A DNA stretch of 59,535 bases, filler included, from Sandaracinaceae bacterium (GTDB lineage: Bacteria > Myxococcota_A > Polyangia > Polyangiales > JADJQN01): NCBI GenBank assembly GCA_947483975.1. It is 4 parts of 4 records of this genome, joined end to end, with 100 filler letters (N's around TTAATTAATTAA, not from the genome) between each part and the next. Parts side by side here need not be neighbours in the genome. Positions count along the whole stretch, not along the records: positions 30,091 to 44,765 come from CANKOL010000105.1; positions 44,866 to 59,535 come from CANKOL010000106.1; 2 more parts are not named here. The stretch is one strand, 5' to 3'. A model generated the notes under the pieces. It did no database searches. It was not told where the DNA came from and worked only from the letters and a program-made list of their open reading frames with translations. This document shows, one piece after another, positions 44,646 through 53,686 of this stretch. Made by a program: the position numbers and the translations under genes. Within the stretch, counting starts at the first letter, position 1. Every line of letters starts with the position of its first letter.

Positions 44646-44765
44646 ATGCGCGAGCTCGTGATCGGAATGGACGTTGGCTCGACGACGGTGAAGGCGGTCG
44701 TCGTCGATCCGGAGACGCGCGCGATCCTGTGGAGCGACTACCAGCGCCACCACACCAAGCAGCCC
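44646..44765 (+). CDS. BadF/BcrA-type ATPase (CoA-substrate enzyme activase), 3'-truncated
   Basis: MRELVIGMDVGSTTVKAVVVDPETRAILWSDYQRH. Confidence 0.8.
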
Positions 44766-44865
44766 NNNNNNNNNNNNNNNNNNNNNNNNNNNNNNNNNNN
44801 NNNNNNNNNTTAATTAATTAANNNNNNNNNNNNNNNNNNNNNNNNNNNNNNNNNNNNNNNNNNNN
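44766..44865. other. Artificial contig linker
   Basis: N44-TTAATTAATTAA-N44. Confidence 0.97.
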
Positions 44866-45155
44866 GCCGTGCCGAGCTCGTAGTGAGGCTCGAGCGCGTC
44901 GAGGCGGGCGAGGTCGCGCGCCATCGCGTCCATGTGCCCGAGCGCGAGGTCGACCGCGGCGCGGCTCGCGTAGAGGCGCACGACCTCGGCGCGCGAGAGG
45001 TCCGAGCCGGCCTCCGCTGCGTCGAGCAGCCGCGCCGCCGCGTCGAAGTCCGCCTCATCGACGCGCGCAGCCGCTTGGTCGAGCGGGCGCGCTTGCGCGA
45101 ACGCCGCCGTCGGCGCGAGCAGGGCGAGCACGACGATCAGTGCGCTGCGCGTCAT
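44866..45155 (-). CDS. Secreted TPR-like protein, 3'-truncated
   Basis: MTRSALIVVLALLAPTAAFAQ signal peptide; helical repeat; ATGA coupling to the upstream gene. Confidence 0.65.
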
Positions 45156-46438
45156 GGGCACGCTCCGCCGGTGTCGCCCATGCACACGGCCCCCGAGGTG
45201 CCGTAGGTGCAGCAGGTCGAAGAGCCCGTGCAAGCGCCGCAGCCCGCGCAGCTGCTGCACGAGAGCGCCGGCTGATAGCCGACGCACGATCCAGCGACGC
45301 ACACGTCCTGCGTGTCGCAGCGACGCCCGCACCCGCCGCAGTTCCGGCTGTCGGCGTCGAAGTTGACGCACGCACCGCCACAGTCCGTCAGGCCGATGGC
45401 GCAGCTCACGACGCACGCACCGCGCGAGCAGACGGTCGCAACGCCGCAGCGGAAGCCGACCGCGCCGCAGTTGCTCGTCGACGACTGCAGGTCGACGCAG
45501 AGCCCGCCGCCGGTCCGCGTGAGACCGGGCCGGCAAACGCAGGCGCTCGCCGCGCAGGCCTCCCAGGTCGCGCAGGTGTTCCCGATGGAGCCGCAGTTGC
45601 GCGCGTCGCGCGTCACATCGAGGCAGCCGCCCCGCGTGGTGTCCCACGTCAGCCCCATCGGACAGACGCACGCCCCGCTCGCGCAGGTCGCCAACGCTCC
45701 GCAGACGCGCCCGCAAACCCCGCAGTTGAGCGGGTCGGTCGCGCTCCCGACGCACGCATCGACGCCCGCGTCCGTGGGCATCGGGCCGGCGTCGTGGCCG
45801 CCGTCGACGGGCCGTCCGCCATCGAGCGCGCCGCCGTCGGGCATCGACGCATCGACCGTCCCCGCGTCGACCGTCCCGGCGTCGACCATCCCGGCGTCGA
45901 GCGTTCCGGCATCGACCAATCCCGCGTCGGTCGTCCCCGCGTCGGTCGCTCCGGTGCAGACCCCCGCCGAGCACTCCGACGCCGCGCAGGCTGGCGTCTC
46001 ACTCACAGCCGCGAGGTCCACGATCGCCGGGCCGTCCGCGGGCAGCTCCAGCTCGAGGCAGCCCGCCGCGAACCACGCGCAGCTCCCGTCGCGCGCGCGC
46101 CCGGTCAGCGCGTAGTGCCCTGGTCCGAGCCGCGCGGGGGTCGCCATGCCCACGCCCGACGCGATCAGGATCTCGTCGGAGAAGACGACCGGCCCGGTGC
46201 AAGAGCCCGTGTGGATCGCCGCCTCGGCCCAGACCGCGCGCGCTTGGTCGGCAGGCGACGCGAAGCGCAGCCCCCACTCGAGCGCCTGTGGCTCAGAGCT
46301 ACACGCAGCGAGCGCGAGCGCCGCGAGCGCGATCAGCCACCTCGGTGCGAGGCGTCTCGAGGCTCGGCGCGAGCCCACGCCGGGTCGGAGCGGCGCACTT
46401 TTCAAGACCGCGGTTCGAGCGAGGCGTACGTCCGTCAC
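45152..46438 (-). CDS. Cys-rich lipoprotein with DxxNCGxCGxxC repeats (start uncertain)
   Basis: LAAC lipobox, DAG linker, four NCG repeats. Confidence 0.8.
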   Translation of the reverse strand: MTDVRLARTAVLKSAPLRPGVGSRRASRRLAPRWLIALAALALAACSSEPQALEWGLRFASPADQARAVWAEAAIHTGSCTGPVVFSDEILIASGVGMATPARLGPGHYALTGRARDGSCAWFAAGCLELELPADGPAIVDLAAVSETPACAASECSAGVCTGATDAGTTDAGLVDAGTLDAGMVDAGTVDAGTVDASMPDGGALDGGRPVDGGHDAGPMPTDAGVDACVGSATDPLNCGVCGRVCGALATCASGACVCPMGLTWDTTRGGCLDVTRDARNCGSIGNTCATWEACAASACVCRPGLTRTGGGLCVDLQSSTSNCGAVGFRCGVATVCSRGACVVSCAIGLTDCGGACVNFDADSRNCGGCGRRCDTQDVCVAGSCVGYQPALSCSSCAGCGACTGSSTCCTYGTSGAVCMGDTGGACP

Positions 46439-46532
46439 CGCCGCAGAATACCGGAAGCGCTGTCTCCCGCCCCAACTATCGGGGCGCGCGCCCGCTCCGC
46501 GCGCCTCCGGGCCTCGAAGAAATGCCCCGCGC

Positions 46533-48254
46533 TCAGGACCCCGTGTACCAGACGACGTACGCGCTCAGCGCGATGTCGCCGCCGCGCGGCGTGCCGACGC
46601 CGAGGTGCCCTTGCAGCGTGACCTCGTTGGCGCTGCCCGGCGTCACGAGGCTCGTGATGTCGGTGCGCACCGCCTGCACCGCGAGCCCAGGGCACCAGTA
46701 CGCGCGGGACTGCGCCCAGTTGCCCCACTGCCCGGGGATGACGCCCTCTGCCGCCCGCGCCGCGCAGCCGCGATCGCTCCCGATGGGCGCGCCCGTGTAG
46801 CGCAGCTCCGGCAGCGCCGTGCCGTTGACCGAGAACGTGTCCCGGTGATCGCACCACTCCGCGCAGCCGTCCCCCGCCGTCTGCCCGTGTCCGCTGAGGA
46901 TCGTGACGAGCTCCACGCGCGTCACGCCCGCCGGCGGCGTGAACGAGAACGCCGGTCGCGCGTTGTACGACGCGTCGAACGCGCCGCCCGTGAAGGCGCG
47001 CACCGCGCCCGTCGCGAGCGGTCGCGCGCTCTGCGTGCGCAGCCGCAGCGAGACCTGCGCGTCCCACTCCGTCGCGCGCTCCCAGTCCGGCCCGAGCTCG
47101 ACGAAGAACGACTGCGCGCCGCCCGCGCGCAGCAGCCCGAGGAACGGCGTCGCGTCGATCAGGTAGTGCTGCCGCCCGCGCCGCCAATACGGCGTGATCC
47201 AGCGCGCGATCTCCTGCTTGTCGGTGCACGCCGCGCCGTCCGCGCAGAGCTGCACGTCCGCGATCCGATCCCACTCCGAGCAGCCGAACGGGTTGCCGTT
47301 CTTGCACGTGATCTCGACGTCCACCTCCAGCGTGTCGAACGCCGCCATCTCCGCCGCCGACGGCAGCGTCACCTCGCGCGTGAACACGCGCCCCGTCGTC
47401 GTCTCGTTCACGAGCGACACCACCGTCGTGTCCGTCTCCGCGGCGAGCCGCGCCTCGAGCGCCCCGCGATACTCGTAGAAATGGCTGAGAAACGCCGCCA
47501 TTCCGACGAAGTCTGCCGGCGCGCCGACCGCCGGGCTCAGGCTGTCGCCCGGGTCCCAGGTCTGCGCGCGGTCGATGCCGAACACCGTCGGAGGCGGCGC
47601 CCCCGCTCGCCCACGGTCGCCGAGATCGACCACCGACGCCGGGCTCCGCGCGTACGCGAGGTAGTCCGTGACGTATCCGCCGACGCTGCCCTGCACCGCG
47701 CTCGCCTCGTCGGTGACGTAGTGAAAGCGATCGCGCCAGAACTGCTGCGCGACGGGGTCCGTGATCCCTTGGAAGACGAACGTCTCCTCGAGCCCCGCCG
47801 AGAGCTCCGTCATCAGCGCCGTGCGCGTCGCCTCGTCGGGCGCGGTCGACAGGAAGAAGTAGTGCACGTTGCGCCGCCCCTCGGTGAGCAGCCGATCGAC
47901 CGGAGTGCGGATCACGTCGTCGGAGATCCCCGGCATGTGCACGAAGAACACGTAGCTCTCGCAGCCGCTCCACTTCTCGGCGAGGGTGAACGTGCCGCTC
48001 AGCGTGTGGACCGTGAAGTCGCCCGCGACCTCGCCCATCCCCGTGCCGGTGCCCGTCGTGCGCATCGGCGTGCGCGTGAGCCCGAGCTCGTCGCAGACGT
48101 CCGGCGCGACGGGTCCAGCGTCGAGCCCCGCGTCGGTCGGTTCGACGTTGCCATCGACGCCACCATCGGCGGGCTTGGTCGCGGGCGAGCCGCAGCCGTA
48201 GGTCAGCGCGGCGAGCGCGAGGAGTGCGAGCGAGAGGGAGGTGCGTCCAGACAT
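46533..48254 (-). CDS. Lipoprotein with a peptide-N-glycosidase F-like C-terminal domain
   Basis: CSEWDRIA, RWITPY, SGHG..CAEWC, RAYWCPG. Confidence 0.75.
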   Translation of the reverse strand: MSGRTSLSLALLALAALTYGCGSPATKPADGGVDGNVEPTDAGLDAGPVAPDVCDELGLTRTPMRTTGTGTGMGEVAGDFTVHTLSGTFTLAEKWSGCESYVFFVHMPGISDDVIRTPVDRLLTEGRRNVHYFFLSTAPDEATRTALMTELSAGLEETFVFQGITDPVAQQFWRDRFHYVTDEASAVQGSVGGYVTDYLAYARSPASVVDLGDRGRAGAPPPTVFGIDRAQTWDPGDSLSPAVGAPADFVGMAAFLSHFYEYRGALEARLAAETDTTVVSLVNETTTGRVFTREVTLPSAAEMAAFDTLEVDVEITCKNGNPFGCSEWDRIADVQLCADGAACTDKQEIARWITPYWRRGRQHYLIDATPFLGLLRAGGAQSFFVELGPDWERATEWDAQVSLRLRTQSARPLATGAVRAFTGGAFDASYNARPAFSFTPPAGVTRVELVTILSGHGQTAGDGCAEWCDHRDTFSVNGTALPELRYTGAPIGSDRGCAARAAEGVIPGQWGNWAQSRAYWCPGLAVQAVRTDITSLVTPGSANEVTLQGHLGVGTPRGGDIALSAYVVWYTGS

Positions 48255-48356
48255 TCGCCGAGGGTATCCGCGACGGGCGACCGTCACCAGCCCCTCTCGA
48301 AGCCAGTCCCCTGAGCGACCGCTCGGGGCTCAGCCGTTGGCGCCACAGCGCCTCCA

Positions 48357-48527
48357 TGCTATAGGGGCGCCGCCCTCGCGGGCCGGACCGAGTGAATCCT
48401 CTCTCAGCCCGAAAACACCCACGTCTCCCGGCTCAAACGGCCGGTGCGGTGCCGCAAACAGGCTGTCCTGCCTGCGGTCATCGGTCGAGGGAGACGGCGG
48501 AATCAACCGCATCTATGGAGCGATCTC
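48357..48527 (+). promoter_or_regulatory. rpsB promoter (extended -10) and structured leader
   Basis: TGcTATAGG at 48357-48365; ACACCCACGTCTCCC...GGGAGACG pairing upstream of rpsB. Confidence 0.55.
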
Positions 48528-49592
48528 ATGAGTGAAGTGACCGGCACCGAAGTTCAGGCAGCGCAGGCGGAGACGATGGCGACGGCGGGCGTTGGCAGCG
48601 GGGACCTCCCGATCGGGCTTCGCGCCCTGATCGACGCGGGCGTCCACTTCGGCCACCAGACCAAGCGCTGGAACCCGAAGATGCGCCCGTTCATCTACGG
48701 CGCGCGCAACGGCATCCACATCATCGACCTCGACCAGACGGCGCAGCTTTTCCGCCGCGCGTTCGACTTCGTCTCGGAGGCGGTCGGCCGCGGCGGCCAC
48801 GTCCTCTTCGTCGGCACCAAGCGCCAGGCGGCGGACGTCGTCGTCGAAGAGGCGACCCGCTCGGGTCAGTTCTTCGTCACGGGCCGCTGGCTCGGCGGCA
48901 CGCTCACGAACTTCCGCACGGTCAAGACCGGCATCGAGCGCCTCCGCAACCTCGAGCGCATGCTCGAGGACGGCTCCTTCGACGCCGTGACCAAGAAGGA
49001 AGCGCTCGGCCTCGACCGTGAGCGCATCCGCCTCGATAAGTACCTCGGCGGCATCAAGATGATGAACGCGCTCCCCGCGGTCATGTTCGTCATCGACCCG
49101 CACCACGAGCACATCGCGATCAGCGAGGGCCGCAAGCTCGGCATCCCGATCGTCGCGATGACCGACACCAACTGCGACCCCGACCTCATCGACTTCGTGG
49201 TCCCCGCGAACGACGACGCGATCCGCTCGATCAAGCTGATCACGGGCCGCATCGCCGACGCCGCGGTCGAGGGCCAGCAGCGCCGCCGCGAGTTCCAGCA
49301 GGGCCGTGGCGAGCGTGACCGTGGCGATCGTCCGCAGCAGGGCGGCGGCGACGGCACGCAGGTCGAGTTCGCGCGCACCCGTCGCGTCGGCCCCGGCGGC
49401 CGCATCGAGGGTGGACCTGGCGATCGTCGTCCGGGTGGCCCCGGCGGTCCCGGTGGCGGTCGTGGTCGTGGTCCGGGTGGCCCGGGCGGCGGTGGCGGCG
49501 GCGGGATGCACGGGCACAGCGCGCCCGTCGCGCCTCCGGTGGACGTCTCGTCGAGCGCCCCCGCGGCGACCGACGGCGAGCCGGCGGCCTGA
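48528..49592 (+). CDS. rpsB: 30S ribosomal protein S2
   Basis: [42 protein letters not shown]. Confidence 0.98.
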   Translation: MSEVTGTEVQAAQAETMATAGVGSGDLPIGLRALIDAGVHFGHQTKRWNPKMRPFIYGARNGIHIIDLDQTAQLFRRAFDFVSEAVGRGGHVLFVGTKRQAADVVVEEATRSGQFFVTGRWLGGTLTNFRTVKTGIERLRNLERMLEDGSFDAVTKKEALGLDRERIRLDKYLGGIKMMNALPAVMFVIDPHHEHIAISEGRKLGIPIVAMTDTNCDPDLIDFVVPANDDAIRSIKLITGRIADAAVEGQQRRREFQQGRGERDRGDRPQQGGGDGTQVEFARTRRVGPGGRIEGGPGDRRPGGPGGPGGGRGRGPGGPGGGGGGGMHGHSAPVAPPVDVSSSAPAATDGEPAA

Positions 49593-49637
49593 GCCCTCTG
49601 CACTTCTTCCCCCACTTCTAGAGAAGAGAGAACCTCG

Positions 49638-50315
49638 ATGGCAATCACCGCTGCGATGGTCAAGTCGCTCCGCGATCGTACGAGCGCGGGCATGATGGAC
49701 TGCAAGAACGCCCTCGATGAGACGGGCGGCGACGAGGACAAGGCCGTCGAGGTCCTCCAGAAGAAGGGCCTGCTGAAGGTCGCCAAGAAGGCGGGCGCGA
49801 TCGCCGCCGATGGCGTCATCCACTCGTACATCCACGCCGGCGGTCGACTCGGCGTGCTCGTCGAGATCAACTGCCAGACGGACTTCGTCGCCCGCAGCGC
49901 CGAGTTCCAGAGCTTCGCGGAGCTCGTCGGCCTGCAGATCGCGTCGATGGGGCCCGAATTCGTGCGCCGCGACGAGATCCCAGACGCCGCGAAGGCCAAC
50001 CAGCTGCGCTTCTTCGCCGAGTCCATGGCCGAGGAAGAGGCCGCGTCCGGCAAGTCGCGCCCCGAGGCCGCGAAGGCCAAGATCCTCGAGGGCAAGCTCG
50101 ACAAGTGGATGGCGGAGAAGTGCCTCGAGGAGCAGTCCTCGGTGCGCGACACCGACACCGGCACGGTCAAGGAGATCTGCGATCTCCTCAGCGTGAAGAT
50201 CGGCGAGAAGATCGCCATCCGTCGCTTCGTGCGCTTCGAGCTCGGTGAGGGCATCGAGAAGAAGAAGTCGGACCTCGCCGCCGAGGTCGCCGAGCAGCTC
50301 AAGAGCGTCGGCTGA
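49638..50315 (+). CDS. tsf: Elongation factor Ts (short form)
   Basis: [38 protein letters not shown]. Confidence 0.97.
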   Translation: MAITAAMVKSLRDRTSAGMMDCKNALDETGGDEDKAVEVLQKKGLLKVAKKAGAIAADGVIHSYIHAGGRLGVLVEINCQTDFVARSAEFQSFAELVGLQIASMGPEFVRRDEIPDAAKANQLRFFAESMAEEEAASGKSRPEAAKAKILEGKLDKWMAEKCLEEQSSVRDTDTGTVKEICDLLSVKIGEKIAIRRFVRFELGEGIEKKKSDLAAEVAEQLKSVG

Positions 50316-50326
50316 ACACGATGACC

Positions 50327-50346
50327 ACGGGCCCTTCGGGGCCCGT
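50327..50346 (+). terminator. UUCG-capped hairpin after tsf
   Basis: ACGGGCCC-TTCG-GGGCCCGT. Confidence 0.6.
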
Positions 50347-50409
50347 CGTCTGTCACCCGTTTCCAAAGTTTCTGCCGCAGCGGGGGCGCTCGCGGACAAG
50401 GAGAATCGA

Positions 50410-51147
50410 ATGCCGATGACGTCGCCTCTCGCGCACAGACGGTTTCTCCTCAAGCTCTCCGGTGAAGCGCTCTGCGGAGTGCCCGGTGGCTTTGGCGTCG
50501 ACCCGGGCACGCTCCGCGAGATCAGCGCAGAGCTCGCCGAGGTGCACGCGTTGGGCGCCGAGATCGGCGTCGTGATCGGCGGGGGCAACATCTTCCGCGG
50601 GCTCAAGGGCTCGACCGCCGGCATGGACCGCGCGAGCGCCGACCACATGGGCATGCTCGCGACGATCATCAACGGCATCGCCCTCGCGGACTCGATGGAG
50701 AAGCTCGGCGTCGCGACGCGCGTGATGAGCGCCGTCGAGATCCGGCAGATGGCCGAGCCGTACATCCGTCGGCGGGCCGTGCGGCACCTCGAGAAGCGCC
50801 GCCTCGTCATCTTCGTCGCCGGCACGGGCAACCCGTACTTCTCGACGGACACGGCGGCGGCGCTCCGCGCGATGGAGATCGGCGCGACGCTCCTCTGCAA
50901 GGCGACGAAGGTCGAGGGCGTCTACGACCGCGATCCCGCCGTGCACAAGGACGCGACGATGTACCGCCGCCTCGCCTACGATCGCTTCCTGCAAGAGCGC
51001 ATCGGCGTGATGGACTCGACCGCCGTCACGCTCTGCCGGGACAATCGCCTGCCGATCCGCGTCTTCGCGCTCGCAAAGCGTGGCAATATCCAGCGCGTCG
51101 CTCTCGGCGAGGACATCGGCACTCTCGTCACCGAATCGGCCACTTGA
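50410..51147 (+). CDS. pyrH: Uridylate kinase
   Basis: [34 protein letters not shown]. Confidence 0.97.
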   Translation: MPMTSPLAHRRFLLKLSGEALCGVPGGFGVDPGTLREISAELAEVHALGAEIGVVIGGGNIFRGLKGSTAGMDRASADHMGMLATIINGIALADSMEKLGVATRVMSAVEIRQMAEPYIRRRAVRHLEKRRLVIFVAGTGNPYFSTDTAAALRAMEIGATLLCKATKVEGVYDRDPAVHKDATMYRRLAYDRFLQERIGVMDSTAVTLCRDNRLPIRVFALAKRGNIQRVALGEDIGTLVTESAT

Positions 51148-51157
51148 GGAGAACCCC

Positions 51158-51724
51158 ATGAGCGAGATGATCGAGGAGACGCTCTCCGAGCTCTCGACCG
51201 CGATCGTGAAGGCGCACGAGGCGCTCAAGCGCGATCTGTCCAAGCTCCGCACCGGGCGCGCGAACGCGTCGATGCTCGACGGCGTGCGCGTCGACTATTA
51301 CGGCGTGCCCACGCCCATCGCGCAGATGGCGACCGTCGCCGTGCCCGAGGCGCGGATGCTGACCGTCAAGCCCTGGGAGAAGGGGCAGGCGAAGGCCATC
51401 GAGAAGGCGATCGTCGAGGCGAACCTCGGGCTCAACCCGCAGGCGGACGGCGACTTCATCCGCATCCCGATGCCGTCCCTGACGGAGGAGCGCCGCAAGG
51501 ACCTCGTCAAGATCGCCAAGAAGAACGGCGAGGACTGCAAGGTCGCCATCCGCAAAGCGCGGCACGAGGCGAAGGATATGCTCGCGGCGCTCGAGTCCGA
51601 GGGCGACGCCTCGCAGGACGAGGTCGAGCGCGGGATGGAGAAGCTCGAGAAGATCGTCCAGGGGGGCGGCGCCGAGGTCGACGCGATCATTCTCCGCAAG
51701 GAGAAGGACATCCTCGAGGTCTGA
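51158..51724 (+). CDS. frr: Ribosome recycling factor
   Basis: LRTGRAN, VDYYGVPTP, LTEERRKDLVK, KEKDILEV. Confidence 0.97.
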   Translation: MSEMIEETLSELSTAIVKAHEALKRDLSKLRTGRANASMLDGVRVDYYGVPTPIAQMATVAVPEARMLTVKPWEKGQAKAIEKAIVEANLGLNPQADGDFIRIPMPSLTEERRKDLVKIAKKNGEDCKVAIRKARHEAKDMLAALESEGDASQDEVERGMEKLEKIVQGGGAEVDAIILRKEKDILEV

Positions 51725-51729
51725 CGTCG

Positions 51730-51970
51730 CCGCCGAGGGCGCGTGCCGCTCGTCGGGCGCGCGCCCGGGGGCCCCGAGGCGCTGCAGGTACTCGTCCTCG
51801 TAGGTGAAGTGGACGCGCGACTAGTCGATCAGCGCGAGCGCGACCCGGGCGATGTCCGAGCTGGCTCCCGCCTCGACGGCGGCGGACAGATCGTTGATGT
51901 GGCCGAGCAGCCTCTGGTGCTGCTCGTCGATCACGGGCAAGCCGACGCCGACAGGACATAGATCATAGCC
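51730..51970 (-). pseudogene. Hemerythrin remnant (boundaries approximate)
   Basis: VGLPVIDEQHQRLLGHINDL..LID*SRVHFTYEDEYL: in-frame TAG (51821-51823) at the usual Tyr position; C-terminal His ligands absent. Confidence 0.75.
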
Positions 51971-52143
51971 GTCGATCGCTCGGGGCTGAGGCAGGGCTCG
52001 GCCCTCCACGCACGGAGGGAACCGTCGCAGGCGCCGTCGTCGTCTGTGGGCTTCGGGAAACGTGCAGCGCGCGTGTTACCCCGCAGCCCATCCGCCTCCT
52101 TTGCTCGGTCCAGGCTCGTCGCTCCCTCCTCGGTACGACCTCG

Positions 52144-53643
52144 TTGCTCGCCGCCGGGCTCGCCGCGTGCACGACGACCCCGCCCGCGGCCCCGCCCTCG
52201 GGGACGGTCGAGGAGCGAGTCGCGCGGGAGGCGACGGGACCGGCCATCGTGGAGCGCGACGTCGACGCAGACGAGGCGGTCGCCGCGACGACGCACACGC
52301 CTGACGCCGCGCCGCCGGCGAGCACGACCCCGAGCGTCAGCGAGTCCGCGGCCCGCGGCGTGGTCGAGGCGAGCCTCGCCGGCACCGTGACGAGCCCGGG
52401 AGAGTTGACCATCCTGAACGTCGGCTTCCTCACCGGCGAGGACGGCGGGACGAGCCGCCTCGCCTGGAAGCTCCAGGGCGAGGCGCTCGGCACCGCGAGC
52501 GCGCCGCTCGTCTTCATCGACGCGCTCGATGGGACGGAGCTGCTGCGCCTCGAGCAGATGTGCTCGGCCCGGCACCGCAAGACCTACGACGCGCAGAACA
52601 GCGCCGACATCGCGAGCCTCCGCACCGGCGGCGGGCTGCTCGTCTACGAGGAGAGCGGCCTGGTCGCGGGCGTGACGCCCGTGGGCGAGGTGACCACCGT
52701 GCACGACCTCGTCGGCGGGATGTGGTCGTACTACTGGAACACCTTCCAGCGCGACGCGCACGACGGTCGCGGCGGCACGGTCACGAGCTTCGCGAACTTC
52801 GACACCGCGCGGAACAACGCCTTCTGGTACCGCGACGCGCTGTGGATCATGGGCGGGCTCGCGACGACGGACATCGTCGGGCACGAGCTGACGCATGGGC
52901 TCGTCGAGAAGACCGCGCGCCTGCCGTATGTGTCCTGGTCGGGCGCGCTCAACGAGCACTACGCGGACGTGTTCGGCGTGACGTACGACCGCGACGACTG
53001 GGACGTCGGCGAGGGCAGCGCGCTCGGCGTGATCCGCAGCTTCTCGGACCCGACCGCGCACAGCCAGCCGCGCGCGATGAGCGGCGCCGCGACGTGGCCC
53101 GCGGGCACGCTGCCCTCGAGCGCGAACGATCAGCTCGGCGTGCACGGCAACAGCGGCGTGTTCAACCACGCGACGTACCTGATGTCAGAGGGCGGCACGC
53201 ACGCGGACTCCGGCATCGTCGTCCGCGGCATCGGGCGCGAGAAGACCGAGCAGATCCACTTCCGCGCGCTCACCTGGTACATGGGCGGCGCGTCGCGGCC
53301 CGTCGACGCGCGCATCGCGACGCGGCTCGCGGCGTACCGCTTCGCGCAGAAGGGGCTGCACGGCGTGACGCCGGAGGACTGCGGCTCCGTCATCAACGCC
53401 TACGCGGCGGTCGGCATCGGCGGCGTGGACACCGACAACGACTGCTTCGCGGACACCGTCGACAACTGCCCGATCGACGCGAACTTCGATCAGGCGGACG
53501 CGAACCACAACGGGCGCGGCAACGTCTGCGAGCCTGACGCGGGCCCGCGCTGCCAGCGGCATCTGCAGACCTGCATGCTCGACACCGACTGCTGCGGCGC
53601 GAACTTCTGCCAGGCCGACGGCACCTGCGGCACCGGGCCCTGA
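52144..53643 (+). CDS. M4 (thermolysin-family) metallopeptidase lipoprotein with TSP3-like and Cys-rich tail
   Basis: NNAFW, VGHELTHG, ALNEHYADVFG, GVHGNSG; DNCP..NFDQAD. Confidence 0.9.
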   Translation: MLAAGLAACTTTPPAAPPSGTVEERVAREATGPAIVERDVDADEAVAATTHTPDAAPPASTTPSVSESAARGVVEASLAGTVTSPGELTILNVGFLTGEDGGTSRLAWKLQGEALGTASAPLVFIDALDGTELLRLEQMCSARHRKTYDAQNSADIASLRTGGGLLVYEESGLVAGVTPVGEVTTVHDLVGGMWSYYWNTFQRDAHDGRGGTVTSFANFDTARNNAFWYRDALWIMGGLATTDIVGHELTHGLVEKTARLPYVSWSGALNEHYADVFGVTYDRDDWDVGEGSALGVIRSFSDPTAHSQPRAMSGAATWPAGTLPSSANDQLGVHGNSGVFNHATYLMSEGGTHADSGIVVRGIGREKTEQIHFRALTWYMGGASRPVDARIATRLAAYRFAQKGLHGVTPEDCGSVINAYAAVGIGGVDTDNDCFADTVDNCPIDANFDQADANHNGRGNVCEPDAGPRCQRHLQTCMLDTDCCGANFCQADGTCGTGP

Positions 53644-53686
53644 GCCCGCCACAGCGCGCAGTGCCCTGCGCGCGACTCTCAGCACC

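Noticed and set aside
51821..51823. TAG read-through or recoding in the hemerythrin
   Set aside because: Downstream iron-ligand histidines are also missing and other genes use TAG as stop, so a pseudogene is the simpler explanation.
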